Assembly (NCBI RefSeq): GCF_009914755.1
Contig: NC_060926.1
Reading direction: 5' to 3' (one strand)
Length of the DNA stretch: 64,000 nt
Source: the human T2T-CHM13v2.0 reference genome, Homo sapiens
Of the stretch, positions 1 through 11,443 are shown piece by piece. Every line of letters begins with the position of its first letter. Position 1 is the first letter of the stretch. A program made the translations under genes and the position numbers. The notes beneath the pieces are model-generated. The model was not told where the DNA came from and did no database searches. It worked only from the letters and a program-made list of their open reading frames with translations.

Positions 1-1305
1 AGTAAAACAAACAAATCTCTGTTCTTTAAAAATAAAAGTTGTTTGTTCCTCTCTTCATTCCCAATTTGTTATCCAAAATAGAAACAAATAAATTATTTAA
101 ACTATTGTAGTATATTTGCTTTCATTTACATTACTGTATTGTCTTATAATTTATTTTTCAAAAATGTTTGACCATTGCCTTGTAAATGTGACTATGGACA
201 CTACTCTGAAATATAACTGAGGCTACATTTCTGTGTTGATGTGTATATCTGATTTCATTACATGGTCACATGTGCCTATAAGGTTTTTGGGGACTTTCAC
301 AACAAACTCAAAATATATTATCCACTAGTTTGTCATCACTCATTCTGAGTTAGAAGTTCTAAACATTAGAGAAATTCTTCTGATTTGATACCAAGATGGA
401 GCTATTGTTTCCTGAAGGGCGTTTTAAAATATTTAATATTTTACATTAAAATATTTTAAAGAAAATATTTCTTAAAATTTTGAATTTTTAAGAATGTGTC
501 TATCAGTGTCCCTTTGCAATAACATCAGGAAAATGTTTTCAAAAAAATGTTGTTAGAATAATTTCATTCCTTTATCACACCTCATTATGACAGTATTCGA
601 GTGACTATCAGAACTACAGATCAGAATATTAAAAGGGTTATCTGACTGAATAATCATCATTAAACCAAATATACATGACTTGTAAGAGATCCATCCTAAT
701 CTAAAAGAAACAAAGTGGTTTAAATAGAAAGAGTGAAAAAAATATATATCATGCAAAAGCCACCCTAAAGAAAGTTGATGTCACTATATTAGTGTCAAAC
801 AAGGTAGGTATTAATATAATAAGAATTACTTGAAATAAAGTTAGAGTAGGACACTTTACAACAATAAAAATGTCAATTTACCAGTAAGATAAAAAAATTC
901 TAAATTTGGATGCACTTAATACTATAGCCTCAATAGAATAAAGAAAAAATTAACACAACTAAAAGGAAGTATACACAAATATACAAATGTTGAAACACAT
1001 TAAGATATCTTTGTCATTGATCAGTGTAGAAGTAGAACAAATAGTAAATAAAGTCAGTAAGGATATAGAAGATCTAAATGAAATTTTGTCCTAATTGGCA
1101 TTAAAAAGAACACTACCTCCAACCACTGTAGAATATGCTTTCTTTTAAAATACTCATAGAACATTTATTACCATTGACCCTATGCTAGGTCATAAAGCAA
1201 AAATAAACTACTTTCAAAGGATTTAAGTCACATAAAATGTGGTCACTGATCATAGTGGAATTAAACTAGAAATTGACAATAAAATAGTAAATATAAAATA
1301 TCCAA

Positions 1306-2182
1306 AAGAAATATTTTTTCTTTTTTAAATTTTTTTAATTTATTTTTATTTATTTTTATTTTATTTTATTTTTTGCCAGCACTGTTCTTTATTGCACTAG
1401 GGTGCCACCGTCTTATTTTATTTTATTTTTTTAATTATACTTTAAGTTTTAGGGTACATGTGCACATTGTGCAGGTTAGTTGCGTATGTATACATGTGCC
1501 ATGCTGGTGCGCTGCACCCACTAACTCGCCATCTAGCATTAGGTATATCTCCCAATGCTATCCCTCCCCCCTCCCCCCACCCCACAACAGTCCCCAGAGT
1601 GTGATATTCATCACTGGCCATCAGAGAAATGCAAATCAAAACCACAATGAGATACCATCTCACACCAGTTAGAATGGCGATCATTAAAAAGTCAGGAAAC
1701 AACAGGTGCTGGAGAGGATGTGGAGAAATAGGAACAGTTTTACACTGTTGGTGGGACTGTAAACTAGTTCAACCATTGTGGAAGTCAGTGTGGCGATTCC
1801 TCAGGGATCTAGAACTAGAAATACCATTTGACCCAGCCATCCCATTACTGGGTATATACCCAAAGGACTATAAATCATGCTGCTATAAAGACACATGCAC
1901 ACGTATGTTTATTGCGGCATTAGTCACAATAGCAAAGACTTGGAACCAACCCAAATGTCCAACAATGATAGACTGGATTAAGAAAATGTGGCACATATAC
2001 ACCATGGAATACTATGCAGCCATAAAAAATTATGAGTTCATGTCCTTTGTAGGGACATGGATGAAACTGGAAACCATTCTCAGTAAACTATCGCAAGAAC
2101 AAAAAACCAAACACTGCATATTCTCACTCATAGGTGGGAATTGAACAATGAGATCACATGGACACAGGAAGAAATATTTTTT
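1306..2182 (-). mobile_element. 5'-truncated, 5'-inverted L1PA2-like insertion with 3' transduction and 14-bp TSD
   Basis: TSD AAGAAATATTTTTT at 1306-1319 and 2169-2182; TTTT/AAAA site on the minus strand; L1 3'UTR on minus 1433-1609; inverted ORF2-end/3'UTR piece on plus 1608-2171; GAG (not Ta ACA) diagnostic, gagatcacatgg, cttaaagtataat. Confidence 0.93.
1629..2144 (+). pseudogene. LINE-1 ORF2p C-terminal (cysteine-rich) fragment within the inverted segment; not a host gene
   Basis: [35 protein letters not shown]...FSLIGGN* matches the ORF2p C-terminus through its natural stop. Confidence 0.92.
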
Positions 2183-2477
2183 AAAATTAAATATTTTGAA
2201 GTTAAAAAATAGATTTTTAAATGCCATATTTTCAAAGAAGAAATACAATGGAAATTAGAAAATATTTTGAATGAAATGATAAAAATAGGATATATTAAAC
2301 TTGTGGAATATGAAAAGAGTAATATTTAAAGAAAATTATAGATATATGGCTTTTTATATTTTAAACATATATATATTTAAAAGGCTAAAAAAACCTAAGT
2401 GTCTGCCTTAAGAATCTAGAAATGGTATAGCCAATTAAACCTTACAAATGCAGACAAAAATAATAAAGAACAGGGAA

Positions 2478-2663
2478 TAATGCCTGATGATTGCTAAGAG
2501 AGTAAATCTGCAATGTTCTCACCACAAAAAATATAAGTATTTGAGATGAAAGACATGTTAATTAGCTTGATTTAACCATTTCACAATGAATACATACTAT
2601 AGAATATCACACTCTATACCACAAATATATAAAATTTTATTTATCAATTATAAATTAATTGTA
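2478..2663 (+). mobile_element. L1MA-type 3' end inserted in the older L1M
   Basis: ttgctaagagagtaaat...tgttctcaccacaaaa...gttaattagcttgattt motif; near-TSD aaagaacagggaa (2465-2477) / aaagaacagagaa (2664-2676). Confidence 0.8.
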
Positions 2664-2774
2664 AAAGAACAGAGAACAAAAGAAGTAGAAAACAAACACA
2701 CAATAAAAATAATCTGTGAAGCCAAAAGTTAGTTTCTGAAAATGCTAATAAAATTGCTAACACTATGGCAAGAT

Positions 2775-3040
2775 TGGTGTCATGGATCCTGTTGGTGTCC
2801 CACTCAGATCTCCTCAAATACACCTTTGTACCTGTTCCTCAGTTGCTGTACATATTGGTTCCTAATGCTCACAACTGCTCTCTTAGATGAAGGATTGTCC
2901 TTAGGTATGCCAGAGGCCCTTAGCTGGGACAGCCTACAGCCAATAACTGATTGATGCCTTGTTTCAAGATAAGGCTAATACTATGGAACAATTTGTGCTC
3001 CGAAGTTCTGCATGATATCAAGGTAAAATTAGTCTCTAGT
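2775..3040. mobile_element. Probable ERVL LTR16-like fragment
   Basis: cagcctacagccaataactgattgatg resembles an LTR16 motif; weak recognition. Confidence 0.35.
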
Positions 3041-3054
3041 TTCTAGAGATTAAT

Positions 3055-3175
3055 TGTTTATATAAGTTTGAACATATGTCTACATTAGTGAAACCATTAC
3101 CACAATCAAGATTGTGAACACATTTGTCACTCCCCTGAAGTGTACTTGTACCTTGTGATAATTCCTTTCTCCTAT
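3055..3175 (-). mobile_element. Old L1M 3' end fragment
   Basis: gtgaaaccattaccacaatcaagattgtgaacacatttgtcactcccc is typical of antisense L1MC/ME 3' ends. Confidence 0.6.
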
Positions 3176-4431
3176 TTAAAACAAAATCAAGCAAAACAAC
3201 AAGGAAAACAGTGCTCTTGACTATAAAATTATCAAATTAGCAAGTATTTACTATTTTCATGGTAAATTAGTCATTGGACATTGATAGTAGACATAAGGTT
3301 TCTCTATATCAAGGAGACAAAAGAGAAGCCTATAATGGGAGACAAGGATAATAATAGAAGTCAAATAGGAAGAATATTTGTTAGACTATTATACCAGTAG
3401 CCATAGATTATTGTAGAAAAGCATGAAAAAAATTGGGTTAATGTAATCAATTCTGTAAAATAGACGTAAAATGGGGGAAAGGAGGCCATTACCTATTATT
3501 GAATATCAAAGACAAACTCTTCATTTTCCTAGAACTGGTTCTGATTTTATCATCCATGCATTGTTGTAGTCAAAATTACATATGTGTCTTTAGGTCATTA
3601 CAGCTGACAGTTATCACTATTGACTATCCTGATTTATTTTTTGCATGATTCTCTTGCTGTGTTTCAAAGCTACTAATGAGGATGAAAATAATCAATTCAT
3701 AGACAAGTTCTCCTGCCCTCCTAACTTTTTGTGTTCTCCTTGAATCAGCCACAACATAGTTAATTCCCATTAGGGATTCCCCATCAACAATGCAAGAATT
3801 ACATGGACACATGCCAGATAAAGCTTTAAGAGTTTATAATATTGAAAACATTATGATGGCCATTTTATATTCATATAGCGTAGCACTGAAGTGGTAGTAA
3901 AAGGGAATTCCATTTAATTTTTCATTATTTCAAGGAAAAGACAACCAACAAAATCCTTTTTTATCTTGGCTGTGAAATCCTTTTGAGTACTTTGAAGCAG
4001 CAGCAGCTTGTTGTTATAAGTTACTTTAAGGAATGTTGTACCTCAGTGTGAATAGGTGACATAGGATTTGTTGTGTTCAGTGTCCTCAAGTGGTCACACT
4101 ATTAGACCTTAATCATTTGTGTTTACCATGCCTTGTTATATCGTTAGGATATTTTTATATCTGTGCCCTTGGGAATGTAATTTAAAATGTTATTGCAACA
4201 TAAGAAAGAAAACAAAAATCATAAAAGCCCCTTGCCTTTTATTTTATTTAGTTTCAATTTTCAGACCTGGATTTTTATATATTGTTTGTTATTAAATTTT
4301 AATCCTTGATCTTTTTCTTATACTGTTAGAGGGAACGATAAGAAACAAATGTTGTAGATAGGTTTGACTTCAATTATTTCAATAACAATGAGTTTATATC
4401 TATCTAAAATAGGTGTATTATTTAAAAATAT

Positions 4432-4871
4432 TTAAGGCGGGTTGAGTGGTATCACCCAGAAGCTATATCCACCCAGAATCTCAGAATAAGACCTCATTTG
4501 GGATAATAGCCCTTGCAGATAAAAGTAAAGTAAGAATTTCAAGATGAAATCATTCTAGACAAGGGTGTGACCTAAATCCAATCCAGGATGTCTTTGTAAC
4601 ACAAAGAAAAGGACAATACAGAGACACAGACGAGACTGCCATATGACAATAGAGGCAGAGATTGGCATTATGCTACCACAAGCTAAACAACACCTAGAGC
4701 AACCAGTAGCAGAAGACACAAAGAAGGAGGCTTCTTTAAAATTTCAGATACTGTGGTCCTGCCAATACCTTGATTTCAGACTTTTGGCTCCAGAATGATA
4801 AGATAAATTTTAGTTGTTTCCTGCCATCATGTTTTGGTTATTTTCTCTGGCAGACACAGGAAACTCATACA
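4432..4871 (+). mobile_element. MaLR LTR (MLT1B/C-like)
   Basis: cctaaatccaat, gaggcagagattgg, ccttgatttcagactt, ends ggaaactcataca. Confidence 0.85.
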
Positions 4872-5945
4872 AATTTTGATACTGAACATTGAGGTGCTGC
4901 TGTAAGAAATATCTAAATGTGGAAATGAGTTGGAATTGCATAATGGGTAGATGCTGATGCTGGAGAACTTTGAGGCATGTGATAGAAAAAGCCTAGATTG
5001 CCATGAAGTGACTTTTGGTAGAAATGTAGAAATTAAAGTTTATTCTGGTGTAGGTTTACAAGGAAATAAAGAACATGACAGAAAAACCGTCTATCATTTT
5101 AAAGAATATATATATATATGTAATCATTAGGAGAATATTCATAGAAATAAAAACATTAAAGGTGTTTCTGGTGAGATCTCAAAAGGAAATGAGGAACATG
5201 TTATAGGAAACTGGAGGAAAGGCAACCTTTGTTATATAGTGGCAGAAAACTTGGCTAAATCACATTCTACTGTTGGGTAAAAAGTTGAACATCTAAGTGA
5301 TAAACTTGGATATTTAGCTGAGGGTCTTTACAAGCAAAGTGTTGAAGATACAGCCAGCTTTCTCCTTGCTGCTTATAGTAAGATGAGAGAGGAAGGAAAT
5401 AAATTGAAGAAGTAACTATTAAGCAAAAAAGAACTAGCACTTGATGGTTTGGAAGCTTTTCAGCCTATCTTTGTTTCTAAGAATGCTAAAGTGAAGATAT
5501 TATCTGTTGGGAAAGTGTACCCTAGAGAGAGGTCCTAGGTTGTGACTGGACAATATTTTACAGAGGAGATGAGGTATGAGACTCATATATCCATTCAACC
5601 ATCTCAGCTGAAGCCATAAATAGAAATGAGATTATCCAGGAAAAATCTGTGATGAAGCCTCTTGTCTAACGATGGAAATACTTATGACATACATGGGCGC
5701 TCCACAAGGTTTTTGCAAAATGTTATACCAGCAAAAATGCTGTCAGATTAGACTGAAAGGGACTAAGAGTGAATGAAATGAGACAAAGTTTTCAGACTCC
5801 CAAAATTTTACATGCAGGAAAAAGGCTGATAGAATTATTCAGTTGCAAACATCTGTTCTCCTTAAAGAAAAAAGAGAAATTACTCGAGGGCAGACCCTTG
5901 GGTGCAGAGACCAGGACCATGGGCCCAGAGGCAGGGGATTGAGCT
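4872..5945 (+). mobile_element. MaLR internal sequence (MLT1-int) continuing from the LTR
   Basis: Starts aattttgatactg...ggtgctgctgtaa; contains ggaaactggaggaaaggcaacctttgttatatagtggcag and ggatatttagctgagg. Confidence 0.8.
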
Positions 5946-6049
5946 GAATTAGAGACATCCTTTATACTAAAAGACAATAAATACTTTAGTGAGTAAACTA
6001 GGGGTGGGGGCTGTGAGGAGAGCACTACTCTGCAGTAGGACACTTGCCT

Positions 6050-6820
6050 GTTTTATTACAGAAGTGAAAGAGAATTTAAAATGTATAAAGAAGAAACAAG
6101 AAACATAAAAAAGACAAATACATAGGTTTAAAAGGAAACAGATTCTCAGAAATAAAAATCAAAAAAATAAAAGTGAACACATTGAAAATAGCTGAATAGA
6201 GCATTAAGAGTAATAGTGAACTCAGAGAAAGATTTAATGAGGTTGCACAGACACACAAGAAGAAAGTATATATTAAATATGGGTAAATAAAGTTCAAAGA
6301 TTGAGTAAGAAATGTAAAACATGAAATTAATTGGTGTCTTGGGTGAGAATAAAGAGAAAGAAGGGCAATATTTAGAATAATAACTTAGAATTTTCCAGAG
6401 CAGGAGAAAGACATGAATCTTCACATTCAAGAGGCACAATGAAAGCCAACCATAAAAACATTAAAAAGAAACTTATACTTAGATTCATCAAGTAAAAAAT
6501 TTAAGAACAAAATATTTAAAAGGATTTTCAAAAAAAATTTGGAGAGAGAAGAAAAAGAGAGAAAGATGCATTTTTAAAATTAACAAAAATAAGTTCATAC
6601 ATAAGTAAGCAGTAGCAGTATAAATCATCAGCTATTATGTCTAATTAAGGTTAAAAATGTTAAATGTATAATCTTGGCCTAAACTGCAGATATATCAACA
6701 GATGGTAATAAGAGCTCAAGTGTTTCATGATTCTTTGGCTTTAATTTTAGACTTTGTGTAGTTAAGTAGGTAAATTAAAATTTTATAATATCTACAAAGA
6801 GTAAAACTTCTAATTTAATG
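6050..6820 (+). mobile_element. Ancient L1M ORF1/inter-ORF region relic
   Basis: A-rich; gaattttccaga...gaaagacatgaatcttcacattcaagaggcacaatga. Confidence 0.55.
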
Positions 6821-6854
6821 AGGGGTGGAAAAGGGGGAATAAGAGTTCTTGTAT

Positions 6855-7085
6855 GATACTTACTGTGTGCAATATACTGTTCTAAATGCTTTCTGTGTTT
6901 TAAATTATTTAGTCCTCACAACAACCTTAGGGAGAGAGTATTGCTGTCATCCCTGTTATCAAATGAAGTAACGAGACACAGAAAGACTAAGAAAGTTGCA
7001 CAGAATCATAGGACTTTGAGTATCAAAGGTGAAATTTGAAGCCATGCAGTCAGGCTTCAGAATATAAGCTCTTAAGTACCAAATA
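6855..7085 (-). mobile_element. MIR SINE
   Basis: ttatttagtcctcacaacaaccttaggg...catccc...aaatgaagtaacgagacacagaaag core. Confidence 0.8.
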
Positions 7086-7239
7086 CCATTCTCTCTGCAT
7101 AAAAAAAGACAGGGCAAAAATAAATCCAGAGGAACCATAACCATTCACGCATTCATTCAGCAAATAGGTATCAAACCTCTACTCTGTGCAAGGTAGCATT
7201 CTAGGCACTAGAAAGACCCTAATATAGTTTTTAAATAGA

Positions 7240-7930
7240 TCAAGTAAAATTGAAGAAGTCAAAAGAAGAAACTGCAAAAAAAAGATTTTTAATATATTTC
7301 TCTTATTGATAAATCAAGCAGACAAAATAAATCAATTATAATTAGAAGATTTGAACAATGCATATAACAAGCTTATTCAAATAAGACATCTAACTAACAT
7401 TACCACCCAACAACTTTTCAAGCACTTATGGAACATTTCAAAAACTGATCACATTCTAGTTATAAATCAAGTTTCAAAAATTTTTCATGACCCCGTATGA
7501 TATGGACACATTCTCTGAGCACGATGCTATTCATTTAGAAATCAATACCAGAAAGGGTATTTTTAAAACTATATACCTCATACTAAAAAGACAAACAAAA
7601 AATCCTCTAAATACCTAATAGGCTGAAGAAAAAATTCTCAATGGTAATTACCCTTAGAATTGAATGATAATGAAAATACCTCTCAGCAAAATTATGGAAT
7701 ATAACAAAGTAGCTCTTAGAAAGAATTTATAGCCTTATTTGTGAATTGGAAAGGAAGAAAAGATTAAAGTAGGTGAGCTAAGCATCCATATAAGAGGTTA
7801 GGAAATAATAATTTATAGAATCAAATAAAGTAAAGAAAGTTACATTAATAGGCAAAAATTAATAAAGAGGATTAAAACAAAGTTATTTTTTCTTTGAAAA
7901 CACTAATAATGTTAACAAACCACTAGAAAG
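7240..7930 (+). mobile_element. Ancient L1M ORF2 relic (endonuclease end/linker)
   Basis: ttttcaagcacttatggaacatttcaaaaactgatcacattct, ttagaaatcaata, tagaattgaatgataatgaaaatac. Confidence 0.65.
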
Positions 7931-7949
7931 AGACACAAAGTCTCTTAAA

Positions 7950-8410
7950 GGAGAAGCATCTCTGGTACATGCAAAGAGCAGCTGAACAACTGAATACTGT
8001 GTGTTTGGAGCAGAGCAAGTGAGTGGAAAAGAGCAGAAAACACAATCAGAGAGATGACCTAGGGCTAGACATAGGCTAGCCCTATGACGTAGGCTTTATA
8101 GGCCGTTGTAAGGAATTTATTCTACTAAAATAGGGACCCATTGGAGTATCTTGAGGTGAAAAGAGATTTTATTAAAAAGTGATCCTCAGTTGGTGTGTTA
8201 AGAAGATTTTTAGGAGAAAAATGATGGAAGTGGTAGACCAGGAAGAAGGCCCTTTCAGTAGCCTGGGCTTGGCAAAAGATTAGGGGCTTGGATATCCTAT
8301 GTTGGAGGTGAATTTGATACAATCTGGAAGTAGAGCCAACAGAATTTCTGGTTTTTTTGGATGTTGAGAAGGAGATTATAGAAGACTTAGCTACAGTGCT
8401 AGTGATGAAG
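7950..8410 (-). mobile_element. L2 LINE fragment (with a further 3' piece near 7140-7220)
   Basis: ggccgttgtaaggaattt...ccattggag, ggaagtagagccaacagaattt; cattcattcagcaaata tail motif. Confidence 0.6.
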
Positions 8411-8631
8411 ATGGTAAGTTACATATACTTGATGTTCTGAATGGGATAGGAACTGTATACTAGCCTTGGATTTTATATTGGCTCTAAAGTCATCACATAA
8501 AGTAAAAATTATATTGTTACAAGTATTTGTGAAAATTCCTTAGAAAGGGAACATATTGGAGACTGATGTTTTGTACTTACTTGATTAAATGTAAGGGCTG
8601 TCTTTGTTAACAAACTTTCAAGGTCAGTGTT

Positions 8632-9043
8632 TGTAGTGATTAGATTACTGTTCAGCAACTAATGACTTTCTCCTTCAATCCCCAAGGGAGAAGTATTCAT
8701 TAGGACTCCATGAATGCTGGGTTTGCCATGTGACTTTCTCTGGCGAAGTGTATGTTGGTGTACCAGTTCTTAGGAATTAAAAGATGTCACATTTTTCTAA
8801 TGGCCCATTGAAGAGCTTCTGTCGTCCACTATAAGAAAAAAAAAATACCCCATTAGTTGATGCCCCTCAAAACATCATCTCAGAATATGAGACACAGAAC
8901 ACTCCTGAGCATAATCCGCAGCTGAAAGAATATTACCCAAGAGGACCTGCAGACTGAGAAATGTACACTTATTGTAGAAAGCCACTGAGATTTTTGCATT
9001 GTTTCCTAAAATGCATCGTTGCAATAGACATCTGACTAATGCA
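8632..9043 (+). mobile_element. MaLR LTR (MLT1H/G-like)
   Basis: tg start, tttgccatgtgacttt, aagccactgagattt, ends ctgactaatgca. Confidence 0.7.
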
Positions 9044-9824
9044 GTTATTTTCATTTTGCAAGTCAAAAAAGTCAGATGTGCAGAAAATAAGTCATTTGGG
9101 TAAGGTAGATCTGGAGACTTAGGCTCAAAACTCTGTTGTCTTTTTGCTGTTCACCCTGGCCTCTCAAATATTTATTACTAAACTTTCCATGGCCTGCAGA
9201 TGAGTTTTTTCTTATCTGTGAAAATTTCAGGCTAATATTTATAGTAATATACTTTTTCTCAGTTTTATTTATTAAACACGTATTGATTACTACTGTGTCC
9301 CATATATAATGATGAAGCTACCTGTATGCCATTTAACGAGAATTTTTTTTTCACTACTGTTTTGCTCTGCTGATGGGTCTCTGTCCAGGTTTTGATTCCT
9401 TTCCATGTCCTATCTGCCTTATGCTGCTACAAGGATACCATATTGCCTGATGCATGAGTCTTAAATTATGACAGAGATAAATTTGTCACTTTCAGTGAAG
9501 ACAAGGTCACTTGACAATCTGGTGCAGACAGAGTTGGATTGGATTTTAATTCATAGGCAGAGCTTTATGAATAGGTAATTGTCATGATCGAAAAACACTA
9601 ATGTTAGAAGGAGAGAAAAAAATAGTTCAGGAAAATAATGCTAGCATAATTATTGTGAAAAAATGAACAATATATGAATGTTAACAAAAGAGATTCTTGG
9701 TTCCTATGTCTCCAGCATCTACGGTGAAATATGTAATTACCAATTTACATCTGCTTTTCCTCATTCTCTAAGCAGTCCTGGCCCTACGCGTTTGGTGATC
9801 AGAATTAAAAGAATGGGCAGAGAG

Positions 9825-9886
9825 AAAAAGAACTAGAGAGACAAAAAGAACTAGAGAGACAAAAAGAACTAGAGAGACAAAAAGAA
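9825..9886 (+). repeat. Perfect 18-bp tandem repeat AAAAAGAACTAGAGAGAC, about 3.4 copies
   Basis: Identical units at 9825, 9843 and 9861, partial unit at 9879. Confidence 0.95.
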
Positions 9887-9948
9887 AAGGAAAAACTATC
9901 TTTGCTGACTCAATCCTCTTTTGCGATATTTTCTAGCAATGGAAGATA

Positions 9949-10605
9949 TGGGAGGCAGATTTTTGGTTCTCATGACCTTTGCATTCTGTTACACGTGCAT
10001 GGTTATATAAGGTTGCATACAAAAGGGACTTTGCAGGTGTAATTGCAGGTGTTAGTAATCAGGTGCTCTCAATATAGGAAGACTACCATGGATTACCAGC
10101 GCAGGCCGAATGTAATTACATGAGCCTTTAAAAGCCTAAGAAATCTGCCATGTGGATGAAGCAGAAGAATTCAGAAGGACTCAAAGCATGAAAATGATTC
10201 AGAGAGCTTACATTTTCCTTCCCTTGTTCCATAAGCAAGAGTCTATCTTTGTTGGCTTTGATGATAAAGGGACCACAATCCAAAGAATGCTAATAGCCCC
10301 TAAAACTGAGAATGATCCCTGGTTCACAGCCAGCAAGAAAACGAGAGAATTCAGTCTTACAACAGCAAGAAATGGGATTTAACCAGCCAGCTAAGTAAGT
10401 TTGGAAGTGGATTTTCTTCCAGAGCACACCTGTAAGTGCCTATCTGGCTGACACCTTGATTTCATCTTTCTAAAACCCCAAGCAAAGGACCCATTGAGCT
10501 CAGCATGGACATCTGACTGACAGAACTGAAAGATAATAAATGCATGTTATTATAAGCTAAGAAGTTTTTGTTAATTTGTTTTGGTAGCAATAGAAAACTC
10601 CTACA
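9949..10605 (+). mobile_element. MaLR LTR (MLT1E-like)
   Basis: aaaagggactttgcaggtgtaatt, cagccagcaagaaaac, ggctgacaccttgattt, ends gcaatagaaaactcctaca. Confidence 0.8.
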
Positions 10606-11057
10606 GCAGAAGAGAAAGGGAACTTAAATAGATGTTGGAGATATAAACATAATAAAGATTTCAGAGACATAGGGCAATGTAGCTATATGCTGAAAAGAAA
10701 TTGGAGGAAGAGTTTTGGGATCCAAGATTTTGGAAAGAGAGAAAAGGAGTACATACTAAACTGAAACGATTGTTAAAGTGATTTCTGCTATGAGCCGTGC
10801 TTCTTCAGATGTGAATGACTTTATTCAGAGAGATCTAGAGGGAGCCTGGGAAATATTTAGTTTATATAGGAGAAACTGGAGTTGGAGAAAGAATAAACAT
10901 AATAAACAGAAGACATTTTGATAATCCAGAAATAAACGATTTACTCTAGAACTGACATGGTAAGAATGGCAATAAAGAGATTAGGCCCTGTTATAGATAA
11001 ATCAAATACTTAGTGTGAAAGATTGCCAACCTTGCATACTTAGGAAATTTACATTAG

Positions 11058-11443
11058 TGGTATCATCTGGCTCTGTGTCTCCGCCCTAGTCTCCTCTTGA
11101 ATTGTAATCCCCAATTACAATTGGGGATTGTAATTTGGGGGAGGAACCTCTTGGGAAGTGATTGGATCATGGGGGTGGTTCCCCATGCTCTTCTTGTGCT
11201 AGTGAGTGAGTTCTCACGAGATCTGATAGTTTTATAAGGGGCTCTTCCGCCTTTGCTTTGCACTTCTTTCTCTTGCTTCCTTGTGAAGAGAGATGTGTTT
11301 CCTCCCGTTTCCACTATGATTTTAAGTTTCCTGAGGCCTCCCCAACCATCTCAGTGGAACTGTAAGTGAATTAAACCTCTTTCCTTTATAAATCACCCAG
11401 TCTCAGGTATTTCTTTATAGCAGTGTGAAAATGGACTAATATA
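11058..11443 (+). mobile_element. MaLR solo LTR (THE1D/MSTA-like)
   Basis: gtgagttctcacgagatctgat, aagtttcctgaggcctccc, attaaacctctttcctttataaa; 5-bp TSD attag/gttag. Confidence 0.9.

Larger units (their letters stand above)
680..2760 (+). mobile_element. Ancient LINE-1 (L1M-type) ORF2 endonuclease-region relic, interrupted by younger L1 insertions at 1306-2182 and 2465-2676
   Basis: A-rich degenerate ORF2-like motifs (gtcagtaaggatatagaagatct, catagaacattta...attgacc, gtggaattaaactagaaat, ggaaattagaaaatattttgaa) that resume after each insertion; boundaries approximate. Confidence 0.7.

Noticed and set aside
1629-2144. Longest ORF (171 aa) as a host gene
   Set aside because: It is the L1 ORF2p C-terminus inside a promoterless inverted fragment; the same peptide recurs at 37800-38147.
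680-7930. Two L1M endonuclease-region relics as a segmental duplication
   Set aside because: Similarity looks family-level only; independent ancient insertions are the simpler explanation.
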